DNA of 64,000 nucleotides from Camelus ferus (Eukaryota), in contig NC_045696.1 of the NCBI RefSeq assembly GCF_009834535.1, positions 34,474,001 to 34,538,000 on the forward strand, read 5' to 3'. A program made the translations under genes and the position numbers. Every line of letters begins with the position of its first letter. The first letter of the stretch is position 1. Below are positions 12,635-25,720 of the stretch, one piece after another. The notes beneath the pieces were generated by a model. That model did no database searches, was not told the DNA's origin, and was given only the letters and a program-made list of their open reading frames with translations.

Positions 12635-13235
12635 TTCTGAGTTCAGCAATCTATGGCCTGAGAGCTAAATCCATCCACTCCCTGTCCTACCAGTTTTTGT
12701 AACTAACATTTTTTAGGTTAAAGACTGGTTTTTTTCCCACTTGTATGTATTGTCTATGGCTTCTTTCACATTATGACAGATGATACCTGTTTTCATATTA
12801 TAACAGAATGGTAGTATTTAGGGAGAAATTTATAGCACTAGGTGCCCATATGTTTTACAGAATAAAAATAAAAACCAACAATATCAAACTTTGTGAAACA
12901 CCACTAAAGCACTACTTAGAAAGGTATAGCACTAAGTGTTAATATAAGAAAAGAAAAAAATATCTCAAATAAATTACTTTAAACTTCCACCTTAAGAGTT
13001 GCATAATTAGGGGAGAGGGTATAGCTCAGTGGTAGAGAACATGCTTAGCATGAACAAAGTCCTGGGTTCAATCCCCAGTACCTCCATTAAAATAAACAAA
13101 TAAAAAACCTAATTACCCCCAACCCCCCCCAAAAAAAGATGTATTTTAAAAATTGCATAATTATGACAAAGACTCTGTGGCCTGCAAAGCCTAAAATGTT
13201 TATTATTTTTGTCTTTAAAGAAGAGTTTCTGATGC
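12635..13235 (+). mobile_element. MER58-like hAT MITE interrupted by an L1 fragment and a SINE
   Basis: Left part cagcaatctatggcctgagagctaaatcc...tattgtctatggcttctttcac; right part gactctgtggcctgcaaagcctaaaatgtttatta... Confidence 0.7.
13010..13150 (+). mobile_element. tRNA-Ala(AGC)-derived SINE (camelid Vic-type)
   Basis: Head 13015-13086 is close to tRNA-Ala(AGC), with A box tagctcagtgg and B box ggttcaatcc; tail cctaattacc plus C/A runs; target-site duplication ttgcataatta at 12999-13009 and 13153-13163. Confidence 0.85.
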
Positions 13236-14088
13236 GTAACAGAGATTAGCTGAGCACAACCACTCTGACCTAATGGACATTTATAGACTGCTCCACTGAA
13301 CAATAGCAGGAGACACATTCTTTTCAAGTGCACGTGGAACATTTACCAAGAAAGACCATATTCCAAGCCTCAAAATAAGCCTCAATTAATACAAAACTAT
13401 TAAAGTCATATAATGTATGTTCTTTAATCACAGAGAAGTTAAATAAGGAAGATGGATACATCTGTCAAAACATCACAGTGATGGTTGTATGTGTGCACAC
13501 ATGTCACAACTTAACCACGTCATTGAGGGTAAATATGTGCTGTTTGCTGAATGTCTGTTATACTTCAATAAAACTGCTTTAAAAATAGGCATGAAAAATA
13601 AGCGGGGCAGTTCAGCTTCTCCAGGCTGATCTCTGCTGGTCAGCAGGTGGCTGGCTGGTATAGAGTGACCTCAGCTGAGAGACTTAATTCTGTGACATGT
13701 AAATCTCTCATTGGCCAGCCGGCTAGCCTGGACTTTTCCACAATGTGGAAGTGGGGTTGTGAACATGAGAGCACAGCTGTCTAAGAGAGCAAGCAGAAGC
13801 AGGTAGAGCTTCTTGGGGACTAGACTCAGAACTGACATGTGTCCTTTCTGCTGCATTCTGTTGGTCAAAGAGAGTTTCAGGGTCAATGCAGATTCAAGGG
13901 ATGGGGAAAAATACTCTACCTCCTGAAGAGAGGAACTGCAGTCATGTTGTAAGGGGAAGAGATACAGGGAAGGAAATAATTGAGGCTGTTTTTACAGTCA
14001 ATCTTACGATCATTAACTCACAGATTTAATCGTGTTTGATATATTTTAGTCAATCGCAGTTATTCTTACTGATAGTATTCAAATTGTC

Positions 14089-14525
14089 TGTATTAGGACG
14101 TGTTTGCTTGGAACCCCTGCCACAGTTTACTTGGAAACTCCTGCCACATCCTCTAAGACTGGAAACTACATTTCCCAGATTCCCTTTCCTGTGTGGTTTG
14201 GGGTCAGAGTTTGTCAATGACAGGAACTCAGGCAAAATTTGAAAGTTGGAAGTGGAAGCAGAAGTTGTTCTTCTCAGGAGTTTGCCACACCCAAATTAAT
14301 TCACTTCACAGACCTGTCTCACTTTGAAGTCATTGTAGGTAGATTGACAGCTTCTCAGAGTCTTCTGGAAGGCTTGCTTTTCAAACTGATCTGAGCTTCA
14401 TGCTGAAGACATTAGTGTTGTGAGCCTTTGGCTGCTTTCTCAGCCTTTCCACATTTGTGTAAATACAAATTCTCTTAGCAAACCCTTTTATTCCCATAAC
14501 AATTGTGGCTCTTCTCTTACTTGAA
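14089..14525 (+). mobile_element. ERVL-class solo LTR (LTR33/LTR16-like)
   Basis: ctggaaactacatttcccagattcccttt motif typical of these LTRs. Confidence 0.55.
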
Positions 14526-16528
14526 TATAGGCTGATAAGGAGTTTCTTCAAGTCGGCTTCTGAGTCCTTTTGACATAACATTGTGTAGTCTTTAATAATT
14601 CTTACTTTCTGGTGCAAGGAGAGATTCGAAGGTTATCTTGTACAACTATTCCTGCCCAAGATCTGGAATCAGCTGGAATCAGGAGGGTTCTTCAGGCACC
14701 TCCTATTTTTTTTTTTTTTTTTTTTTGAGTTACTTGAAATAGTTCCTCTCTGGGTACATGGTTTATTAATAGTCACTCCTTTCACTGCTCACTATCTGAC
14801 ATTAAATCGTATAAATATTTGTTCATTGTGTGTCTCCTTTAAAATATGTCTGATGAGAGCAGAGACTGCTTTGTTTACCACTCTAACCCTGGTACATCTT
14901 CAGCTGCTAAAATGCTTTATTTTTCTCACTCATATCAAAGGATTTCTTACAAGTTCTATTTTACTATTAATAGCTTGAGCCCCTTTAATGTAGAATTAAC
15001 TCCAGCACAAGAAATTCAAGAGTTTATATTTTTACCTTGTTTGTTTATAAAATACATCCCACAGATTTCTGATGTCTTTTTTAAAGGCTATATGTAATGG
15101 AGAAAATGTTGGCAAGATAAGTAAGTTTAAACCTTTTATGTTAAAATTACTACATGATGTGACAAGTTGGTTGCTGTTTTTCTGTCTTTATTATATTGAA
15201 ATTAAATTTAACATTTCCAATTTCAAAAAAAAAATTCTGAAAGAGTGCCTGAGATATTCTGGGCATTTTTCTTCTAGGGATAAGCCTTGGAATACATACA
15301 GTAAGAATCCACTACACTGGGGCTCAAGTACATGTGGCTTTGAGCAAAAAAATTGCTGCAATGCAGCTGTCATGTGACACCTAGTAGCTCTGTGGTTTTT
15401 GTGGACACAAAAAATAAACAGTGAACTCAGAAAAGTACCACCACAGTAGTCTATTTTATATAAGTACACTGGCACCAAACATTTGATGCTACTACAGAGC
15501 AAAGAAGTCAGTATGCAGATTAATACATGGTAAAAATTGAAATGTAAATAATCATAATCAGACCACTAGACCACTACAAACCACATGGTTTTCATAAAAT
15601 GTCTCCAATTTACTTATTGACAGGCTAAAATACCTGTAACTGGAGAAAGTCTTTAGACTAGAGAAATATAATCTTTCTACTATAAACTCCAGTAATTTGA
15701 ATTGATTGAGATAGAGGAGTAGCTATAAATTTTTTTGGTGTTTTAATGAATTCTGTGTTTAACAAAAATTATTTGGCATCTCAACAGTTGCACTAAGAGC
15801 ATAGCTAAAGGGGTCCTTTATGTTTACCAATCAATATGCTTTAATATAAAAATAAACATGGAAATTGCATTTGTAGAAAGGGTTTCCAAAATTCATCAGC
15901 TCTTTGAAAACAATTCTTATTGTTATATTTTCAGTCTTCTTTATAACTTTCTTGTACAGTTTACAAAGATACTGTGAGTTATTGGCATCTGAATTCTTTA
16001 GTCTTAGTGTTTTGTAAAGTAGCAACACATTGAAGATGGAAAATGTTAATTCTAAATGAGTCAGAAACCACTCACAGATTTCTTAAAGCCAAAAAAGTAA
16101 ACAGAAATGACCAAATCCGTACTGCCAAACCAATTTCCAAGCTGAGATCTACTGTGATCTACAAAAATGAGTCTGTCTGGTAAATTACAAATGGGTTAAA
16201 GGGATAATTATCCTATATTCACTAGTTTGTTGTATTTTTTAGATTCCCATTTGTATTCTTTTTATACTATAAATATGAAATACATTATATATCAAGCCAG
16301 GGAAAACTATAATAAAAAGAATTTATTGCTCTATAATAAAAATGTATCTATTTTTGATAGCTCAAAATCCATTTCACTGCAAGGCTCCGTGGGACAAGGA
16401 GTAGGAAGGCAGAGCATGCTGGGTAACAGTGGTACATTTCCCGTGGCAGCATATGGAAAGTGATCAGATGGCAAGTCTTCTGGGCTGAGCTTTCTACTTA
16501 AATAAATACCACACAGGCACATTCACTT

Positions 16529-16998
16529 TGTCCTGTCTGTGTCATCCCAGAAGCAGACACTAGGGTGGAGTTAGAAATGCAAGAGCTACAGTGAAGGTAA
16601 CACCTGAGCAAGATCAAGAGCAAAGAGCAAAAGTCGTCAGAGGGAGTCTGCAATCTAGAGCACACACCCGCCACCTGTGAAGGTGAAAGGGGAAGGCCCA
16701 GAGCCTGGGGAGGAAGAGCTGCAGACGCCACAGCAGCTCTGAGAAGGTCTCGGTCAGCTCAGCGGGGCGCACCGGTGCAAAGGCTGCCCACAGAGTTTCC
16801 AATCGGGAGGACCTTGCTGTGCTGAAGTACCCTGCTGTGCCTGGTCTCTCCAGGGCGCTGCTTGAAGACGGCTGAGCCTGGATTTGAACCCTGAGGTGTA
16901 TCCTAAAGGCTCCGCAGCTGGAGGCTGTCAGCTCACTGTCCATCTCTTGGCAGCTTTTCTCTTGAGCAATCTAAGCTGACCCCTTCATGGCTGCCACA
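16529..16998 (-). mobile_element. ERVL LTR (LTR16-like), solo
   Basis: Minus strand starts TGTGGCAGCCAT; far end cccagaagcagacactaggg. Confidence 0.65.
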
Positions 16999-17084
16999 TT
17001 TCCCATTCAAATACGGCGATCCATTTCTCTTTAATGGTAGGAGAGGTTGTTTGGGGCAGGGGAGGAATGCGTGAAGTTGTTTGT

Positions 17085-18485
17085 TTTTATTGAAGTATAC
17101 TTGATGTACAATATTATATAAGTTACAGGTGTACAAGATAGTGATTCACAATTTCTAAAGGGTATAGTCCATTTATGGTTATTCCAAAATACTGGCTGTA
17201 TTTCCTGTATTGTACAATATGTCCTTATGGCTTATTTTACACATATTTGTTTGTACTTCTTAATCCCCTACCTCTACATTGCCCCTCTCTTTTTCTCTCT
17301 CCCCACTGGTAACCACTAGTTTGTTCTCTGTGAATCTGTTTCTGTTTTGTTATATACACTAGTTCATTGTATTTTTTAGATTTCGCATATAAGTGATATC
17401 ATACAGTATTTGTCTTTTTCTGTCTGAATTATTTCACTTAGCACAATGCCCTCTAAGTCCATCCATATTGTTGCAAATAGCAAAATTTCATTCTTTTTTA
17501 TGGCTAAGTATTATATCACATCTTCTTTATCCATTTATCTGTTGATGGACACTTAGGTTGCTTCCATATCTTGGCAATTATAAATAACGCTGCTATGAAC
17601 ATTAGGATGCATGTTATGCATGTATCTTTTTGAATCAGTGTTTTTGGGCTGTTTTGGACATATCCACAGGGGTGAAATTGCTGGGTCATATGGTAGTGCT
17701 ATTTTTATTTTTTGAGAAACCTTCATACTGTTTTCCACAGTGGCTGTACCAATTTACATTCCCACCAACAGTGTATTTTCTCCACATCCTTGCCAATATT
17801 TATTTATGTTCTTTTTGATGATAGCCTTTCTGACAGGTGTGAGATGATAACTCATTGTGGTTTTGATTTGCATTTCCCTGATAATTAGCAACGTTGAGCA
17901 TCTTTTCATGTGCCTGTTGGCCATCTGCATGTCCTCTTTGGAAAACTGTCTATTCAGGTCTTCTGCTCATTTTTTAATCAGTTTTTTTTTTTTTTGATGT
18001 TAAGTTGTGAGCTGTTTACAAATGTTGGATATTAACCCCTTATCATATCACTTGCAAATATTTTCTCCTAGTCCGTAGGTTGTCTTTTCGTTTTGTCAGT
18101 GGTTTCCTTTACTGTGCAAAAGTTTTTAGGTTTAATTAGATCTCATTTGTTTATTTTTGGTCTTGTTTCCTTTGCTTTAGAGGACAGATCAAAAAATATG
18201 TTGCTGTGATTTATGTCAAAGAGTGTTCTATCTATGTTTTCCTCTAGGAGTTTCATAGTATCTGGCCTTACATTTAGGTCTTTAATCCATTTTGAGTCTA
18301 TTTTTGTATATAATACTAGACAGTGTTCTAGTTAAATTCTTTTACATGTGGCTGTCCAGATTTCCCAGCACCACTTACTGAAGAGGCTGTCTTTTCTCCA
18401 TTGTATATTCTTGCCTTCTTTGTCATAGATTAATTTGCCGTAAGTGTGTGGGTTTATTTCTGGGCTCTCTAATCTGTTCCACTGA
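17085..18485 (-). mobile_element. L1 3' 1.4 kb (ORF2 C-terminus and 3' UTR), 5'-truncated
   Basis: Minus ORF 'MENSMKVSQKIKIALPYDPAISPLWICPK' matches the L1 ORF2 C-terminus. Confidence 0.9.
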
Positions 18486-19056
18486 AGGATAGATCATTTT
18501 TAAATGCCAAATATTGTATGTATATGTTAACAATATAGTATATGGATGATTTGCTCTTTCATTTATTGTAAAAAATAAAATGTGTACAAGGAAAAAATAC
18601 TCTAAAAGGTTTCAGAGAGATGCACCAAGACATCTACAATAGAACAAGAATTAAAATGACATCAGGCTTCTCAACAGCAACAGCAGAGGCAAGGGGACCA
18701 CAGAGCATGCATCTGAAAGTGCTCAAGGAACTCTGAATTAGAATTTTATATCTAGGTGATCATTTAGATGTGAGGGTAAGGTGAAGACGCTCTAAAGAAT
18801 ACAAGTCTCAGAAGTTTTATCACACAAACACTTTTGGAAGAAACATTCCAGAAAGAACAGAAATGAACAATTAATAACATTTACTGTTGTTTATATGATC
18901 ACTACCAAAAAAATAAAGAAGAAACATTATAAAAAAAAGATGCATCAGTAAGGATTCTGAGATAAACAAGTGGTAATGTTACCATGGTTAGAAAGACTGG
19001 TGGGAGTTGAGAGAGGGCTAAGATACTGATCCTCTCTAAAGGGAACATATCAAAAT

Positions 19057-19527
19057 CATTTTAGGCTGGATTTTCCCAGAATCAGACCCTGAGCCAAGGG
19101 TTTGAGTACAAATATTTTATTTTGATGCTGACTACAAATAGCACCAATAAGGAAAAGCAGAAGTGAGACAGGGAGAGGAAGAAAGTCAGGACAGGACATA
19201 TTAAGGAACAGGTTATCACTTTGGACAATGAGGCTAAATCCCACTGGGCCCTTCTGGGAGCCATAAAGCAGGCCTCAGACTTGTCCCATTCACAAAGCAG
19301 AAAAGCTGGGTGTTTGCCCACCAGCTCCAGCCCCTCACTGGCTAAGGGCAGTTTCCGCAGTCATTAGCTCCCTGGACATTCCAGTCGTCCCCATGTATGG
19401 CCAAGCACCCTCCTGAGATCCAAGACACTCTCTAGCTAAGGGTCACAGCGCTTGGAAGAAGAAGCTATTAGTCTGTATGGGAAACATAATTACACAGGGG
19501 ATGTGGGTTGGACGCCAACGGCCTGCA
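19057..19527 (-). mobile_element. ERVL 3' LTR (LTR16-like)
   Basis: cccagaatcagaccctgagccaagggtttgagtacaaa end motif; purine tract AAAGGGTAGG on the minus strand (19532-19541) just upstream of the LTR. Confidence 0.65.
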
Positions 19528-19779
19528 GTAACCTACCCTTTGCACTGCACACTTTCCCCACTGTCTAGTCACTACTCTTCAATTTAGTGGCCGGTCAAAA
19601 TTTTAAAATGAAATGAAATGAAATACTAACAACAGAAAGCTGATGGGACAGCCTGCAGTCCCTGCTGCCGCCATCAGTCCCGGGCCTGTATCTGCCATGC
19701 AGCGGCCCACGTCTGCGGCAGCCACTGTTTGGTGCGCCCCTCTGGGCTAGCGTTCCCACTAGGCCAGGTTGCTTCACTT

Positions 19780-20990
19780 CAGTGAAACTCAGACCTTCAT
19801 CCCTATCCCTTTTTACTGTTTTCTAACCAATCTATGGTTGTTGCAATTGACTTTTCACTGTCATAGTTAGAGATGGAATCACCAAGAAGAACTCAGTGAA
19901 TCCCCTAAGTTCCAGACATACTTCTTTTTGCCCCCATTACACAGTGGTAACTCTATCTTTTCATGGTAAAAAGTCAATTACACCCTCCTATGTAGTAACT
20001 CTTATTTGCTTCCTGGCCTATTGGCTTGAGGAGCCAAAAATGAACAGGTGGCAGCCACAGCCTCAGATTCAGTAGAACCTTACTGGTCCCCTGTAATCCT
20101 GCATAACCCAAGCTTTGCCAATAAAAGTACAAACATCCAGAGTGGCTGTGATGATAAGAATGACTCCTATTTCTATCCTTTAATTCCTAAACCCATGTGT
20201 CCTGGCTGTCAGTCACAGCACATATAATGACCATTGGTTCAAAATATATATCATATCCTGTGCCACAGAGTGTCATCCACAAGCTGATGCCTCGGTTTGT
20301 ACCTGTGAAGAGGCTATTTCAACGTTCTATCAGACTGGTAGATTCTGGTGATGTGGTGTATGGTGGGACTGGTTGGTTCTGGTCATCTGCGTGTTGTTAT
20401 GCTTCCTTAGCTGTGATGAGGTCCAGTGCAGCCAATTTGCCACATAGTTGTTGACTGATCTCCTTGAGGGCAGTACCATTTTAGGGCCCAGCATCCGTCT
20501 CTGCTCCTGGCAGACCTGATATTCAGCTGTAGCAGCAGTTGGATTAGCATTAGTAAAAGGAAGCGATGCAATTAAATCCACAGATAGCCTCCATCTCCAC
20601 CCCGATGACTACTCTTCATAGGCTCACCGTGAGCACTGGCACAGCTGGGGACAGAGGCGAGGTAACCTCCCTGCACGAGTTATTCTGTACACTTGGTTTT
20701 CGCTTCCTCATCTTCATTTTCTGCTCCTTCTAAAGATGTATCCACCTGCCTCTTCCTCAGTCTTCCTTCATCTGTTATCTTTCAGTCTTGGTTCATCCAG
20801 TCTCCTGACCCACCAGCCAAGCCACATGGCACTTCTCACGATCTTATAGTCTTTTTTCAGGCTACTCTTCTGTCCCCACAACGGTGATGACCTGGTGTGC
20901 TGCTCAAAGCTCTGCCCTCTGGGAGGATTTCCTTTCATCATTGTCTCTCAGGACCACACTTGAATAGGTCCATAATATAGCAGTGGTTTC
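19780..20990 (-). mobile_element. ERVL internal remnant (pol/integrase region)
   Basis: 'LPFTNANPTAATAEYQVCQEQRRMLGP' resembles ERVL integrase 'LPLTKADLATATAECPICQQQRPTLSP'. Confidence 0.8.
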
Positions 20991-21099
20991 TGTTCACTCC
21001 ACCCCCAACATGTTATATCAATTTATCTGTAGAACTAGGCATAAAAGCATATCTTTAAAAACACATGCACACACATAGACCATGTTTTAGAGACTTTAA

Positions 21100-21850
21100 A
21101 TAGCATACTATTAATGACCTTTGATTAAATAGAAAAAAAGGGGGAACTTACAAAATACTTAGAACTAAAAGACAATGTATGATATATCAAGTGTAAGGAA
21201 CATTCCTAAAGCAACATGCGATGGAAACATAGTCTTGAATGCATTTATTAGAAAACCAGAATAATTAAAAACAAATGAACTAGGAGTGCAACTCAAGAAG
21301 GTAGAGAAAGAACAACAGAGTAAAGCTGGTAGGGGGAAAAGGAGAAGGAAATAAAGATAGAGGCAGAATCAATAAAATAGAGAATGACAAAAAAAAAAAA
21401 CTAAGGTGAAAAGAAAAGTTCAACAAAACCAAGAACTGGTTCTCTGGAAAGACAAATACGATAGACAAGTAAATAATGCATGTAACCTTTGACTCAGAAA
21501 CCCCACTCCTGGTCATTTGCCCAGGGGCAATCTCGCACAGGCCCATAAAGAAACAGATACAAGAGAGTTTACCTCAGCACCATTTGTGAAGTGGGCATCC
21601 GCAGGCACCTTAGTTGTCCATCACTGAGATAACGGATAGATGAAATGTGATGATGCTTATTATAGTATTCTATGAAATAGTCAGAAAGAACGAACTAGAT
21701 GTAATCAAAGCCACGTGGATAGATCTTGAAAGCACGCTAAGTGAAAAATACAGAGAGCAGTATCATTTGTGTAAATTAAAAACACATGCATACAAAAGAA
21801 ACGCTGTGTGTTTTAGAGATACAGAAACTTTCTAGGACATAAAATACATC
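21100..21850 (+). mobile_element. Old L1 ORF2 and 3' fragments
   Basis: A-rich ORF2-like text (caacaaaaccaagaactggttctctggaaagacaaat). Confidence 0.6.
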
Positions 21851-22444
21851 AGCATATACCCTGGGAGGAGGGGTGCAGATATGAGTTGGAATAGGATCTG
21901 AAGAGGAACTAGAGTAAAGTTAAATAAGACAAAACCAAACCAGAGAAGGGTTATGCCAATAATGACAGTGTACCAGGAACCAAAAAATGGGAATGGCAAC
22001 TATTTGCCCCTGAGGTTTAAAAAAAAGATTGTATGTCACTGTTAACTCCTAATTACATGACACGAAAGTTGTATTTTATATAATGTAGGGATTACATTCT
22101 TTAATAGAACCAGGTAAATAGATAACCTCTCTTTGAAAGATTTTGAGATTTGATTTCGGATTCAGGCTTTCCTTGGGCTTTATGATACTTTTGTATGAGC
22201 AAAATTTGGTGATAATATTCTCAGTTCCTAAGGAATTCAAATGTTTATCCAACTTAAAACTTCATGGAATATTGTCATTAAGGATGAGTTAATTAAAATA
22301 ATAACATTCAGTGAAAAAGTGTCAAAAGTATGATTCATAAATAGATTATTCAGAAAATGTCTTCTACTTAAAGATATCTAAAGAAAATATATTTCTTCCT
22401 GTGTATCAGATGTTCCAGGCAGAAATTCCTAGATTTGTGAATCC

Positions 22445-22755
22445 TTTTTTTTTTTAATTGAAGTATGGTCAGTTTACAATGTTGTGTCAATTTCTGGTTT
22501 ACAGCAAAATACTTTAGTCATATAGCAACATGCATATTTTGTTTTCATAGTCTTTTTTATCATAAGTTACTACAAGAAATTGAATATAGTTCCCTGTGCT
22601 ATACAGTAGGACCTTGTTGTTTATCTATTTTATATATAGTAGTGTGTATCTGCAAATCTCAAACTTTCAATTTATCCCTATCCATCCCCTTACCCCTTTG
22701 GTAACCATAAGTTTGTTTTCTATGTCTGTGAGTCTGTTTCTATTTTGTAAATAAT
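22445..22755 (-). mobile_element. Short artiodactyl-type L1 3' tail
   Basis: polyT then aattgaagtatggtcagtttacaatgttgtgtcaatttctgg...ggtaaccataagtttgttttctatgtctgtgagtc. Confidence 0.85.
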
Positions 22756-23910
22756 TTCAGTTCTTAACATTTATTCACATAATTTAAGAGGAGACATTCT
22801 TCTAGTAAACATCAAAATAAAAATCTAAAAATAGATACTCAGCAGAATAAAATATTCCCTACATAAGGTCAGGATCAATGTTACTATTATACATTTTGTA
22901 AAGTTTTTGTATCTAAATAGGAAATTTGGAAATCGTGGAAAAATATATGGTTAACCAAGTATCAAAATATCCTTGAAAAAATGAATTGTACCATCTGATC
23001 CTAAAATCCTAATTTTAGATCTACATTTTTAATGCTTCAATTCCTTTTTTTAACCTTGAAATATTTTAATGATTTTTAAAGTCAATGTACCCTAAGACAT
23101 TTTTAGGGCAGATCTCAATATTAATTTACTTACGTTATAAAGTATATATATCATACTTTTTAAAGTATACTTTTTCTAACTATAGATATCTTTGACAGAG
23201 ATACTAAGTTATCTCTGTTTTGGACACTTTCAAAACATAACAATCAAATTCATATATTTTCCGTTGTTTTGAATACTGATGATAGGTTTGTCCTAAGCCA
23301 GACACAGTTTTGTACAAAAACAGACACATTTAAGTTGGGTAATGGATTTTGGAGTGGAGATAGAATAAAATTTTCATTTAGGCAAAAATAGTTTTCCCAA
23401 AGAAATCTTGGCTCCAGGATCACTGGGTATTAAGGCTGGAGGGAGTCTTAAGATAGTTAATGAAAACTAATTGCTAAAATAATCACTTGTGTTAAAAAAT
23501 AAAATTTACATAATTTAGTATGTATACTGGAAATATAGCTGGTACTCAGTTAATACTTTTGAATGAGTGAAGTGCCAACATATATTATCACAACATATCA
23601 TTGCCTTTTAAATACCCTTCATCGAATGAACTCTTTTGTCTGGAGAAATAACAGGAAGGCTTAGGAGGCAGGAGATGGACCTGGAGGATGGCGTGGATGC
23701 AGCTAGTGAGTTTTGCGTATGCTTTTTTATTTTTCCTCCTAATGCTCTCCATGTTGCCTGAAACAGACCCCTGGCTGAATATGTATCAGGAGGTGTTGTA
23801 CATCTTTAGGGGAGAGATCAGGTGGCTTTTAGAGCTGCTGTACATCAGATTCAATATACATATGTACACATTCATGTCGGTAGGTGAGCTACGAAGAATT
23901 TATTTCCATT

Positions 23911-23928
23911 AGTTTCACTTTCAGTTTC
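23911..23928 (-). promoter_or_regulatory. ISRE/IRF element with three GAAA units
   Basis: AGTTTCACTTTCAGTTTC matches AGTTTCNNTTTC with one extra repeat. Confidence 0.4.
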
Positions 23929-25169
23929 TCATGGCCTAATGGTCCAGTTTGACAATGAGTTTTGTACTACTGACACCAACTGTTCAAGTTTACCTTCTTT
24001 TAAATCTCTTTAACAAAAATAGCATATACCAACCCTTTTACAAAATGCCATCCAAAAGGCTCATTCTGCCTGTTTAATTCACTTGGGGTTTTGTTGCTCA
24101 GATTTTATTCAAGAATATTTTTCTTGCTCTCAACTTCTTCTCTGACTGTGATTTTGAGAACGTGATTTGTGTCCTGCTTCACTCTGTGCTTGCAGATAAT
24201 CTCTCCTGCTGAGTTTCACACTGTATCTTAATAACTTAACTGTTTTTTTGTTTTCTGTTCTTAAAGCTGCCATGATGTGTAAATGAGCCCTTATAATTCC
24301 TCAGATGTCAGCTGTCCAATTTTACATACTTGATTTAATTTATAAATTCCTTCTTGATCTCTGGGCTTCTCAAAGCCAGAAGGTGTGACTTACCTATCTT
24401 TGTATCTCAAGCGTATAGATCAGAGCCTGAAAGATGGGAGGCATTCAGGAATTGTTGAGGTGAATAGAAAAAGAGATAGATTTGGGACTGGAATCTGGGA
24501 GAAGCTGTTTCTAATATCAATTCATTCCTTACTATTATGTCATATTATATGGCCAGGTTATTTTATGGAAGACGCTTTATAGTATATACTTGCTACCAAC
24601 CATAGTATATACTATGATACCAACATATACTTGCATACAACAGAGAAGTATTTATTATCCTCATTTTATTAAAAAAAAATAAAAAGCAAATCTGGTGTTC
24701 AGAGAGTTTGAGTAATTTGCCTGAGGTGAACAGGATTAGTGAAGTAGTAAAAAAAAAAAAAAATTATCTTTCAAAAGTCTTGGCTCTTCTATCTAAATCC
24801 AGCTGGTAGAGACTGTCTCCCAATCCCAACATGGTGTCAACCATGGAAGGCAGAAATATTTGGGGAAAAATTGCCAGTTTAGAATAAGGGATTGTTGGAT
24901 TTTACCTAATGGAGGTTGGATTACCTTTCTACAGACATAAAGGAATTCTAGTCCTTTCATTGCCAGGTAGCCACTCAAGAATATAAAGGAAAATAAGCAA
25001 AAAGATGAATGGAAGTAATACAATTCTCTGTCTAGATGTAATACTCAAGAAGTCATCCAATAGGATTCAAGATTAGAAGGTCTGATTTCATAAACTGTCT
25101 CCCCAGGATACCACAAACCAAATAAGATTTCAAGGAAAGAAGACTTATGTCAAGAATGTTTTATCATAT

Positions 25170-25720
25170 TGTTTCAGTTACCTATTGCTGCTTAATAACT
25201 TACCCCAAGATTTAGGAGTGTCAAACAACAGTTTTGATCTACATCACAGTTTTACAGTTAAAGAAATTGAACAGGATTTAGCCGAGAGACTCTTCTCCTC
25301 CATATGGGATTGATAGGGATCCTCAAGTTACATAAACTGATGACTGGGATGGTCTGGGAGGTCCAAGACCTTTTGCTCACGTGACTGTTTCTGTGGCAGG
25401 ATAGTCTGGAAGACTGAGTTCAGCTGGAACTGTTGACCAGAGCACCAACATGTGACCTTTATAGCATGATAGTTGTAAGGTAGTTGGATTTCTTACAGGA
25501 CAGTGCAAGGCTCCTAGAAAAAGTTTTTAAAGAAACAGGAAGTAGAAGCTGCCAGTTTCTTACAGTCAGGTCCTGGAAACTGGCACAGTGTTGTTTTTGC
25601 CATAATCTAATGGTCAAAGCAGGCCTAGAGCCACGAGGATTTAAGGAGAGGGGACACAGACCTTTACTCCTGGATAGGAGGAATGGCAAAGAATGTGGAG
25701 CCATTTTAAATCCCCCAAAC
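25170..25720 (-). mobile_element. MaLR MLT1-type LTR
   Basis: tgtttcagttacctattgctgcttaataacttacccc...ggaaactggcacagtgttg...ggtcaaagc. Confidence 0.75.

Larger units (their letters stand above)
10061..13590 (+). mobile_element. Old L1 (L1MB/MC-type): 5' UTR, ORF1, ORF2 endonuclease, internal deletion, 3' end
   Basis: ORF2 start-like 'MIDLNLPILITLNANYLNTPIKR' near 12134; EN segment (DIYR..H...TFFSS.HGTFTK.DHI-like) at about 13275-13400; 3' end with aataaa at about 13568. Confidence 0.8.
9985..14000 (-). mobile_element. MaLR MLT1-type LTR split into two halves (about 9985-10060 and 13600-14000) by an L1 insertion
   Basis: cagttagctattgttgagtgaaaaactcaccc...gcttaaaacaat on the left; ggtcaaag...cagattcaagggatgggg...ctctacctcctgaagagaggaactgc on the right. 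Confidence 0.65.

Noticed and set aside
13015..13086. tRNA-Ala gene
   Set aside because: Has a SINE tail and TSD, and substitutions relative to the tRNA; it is a SINE head
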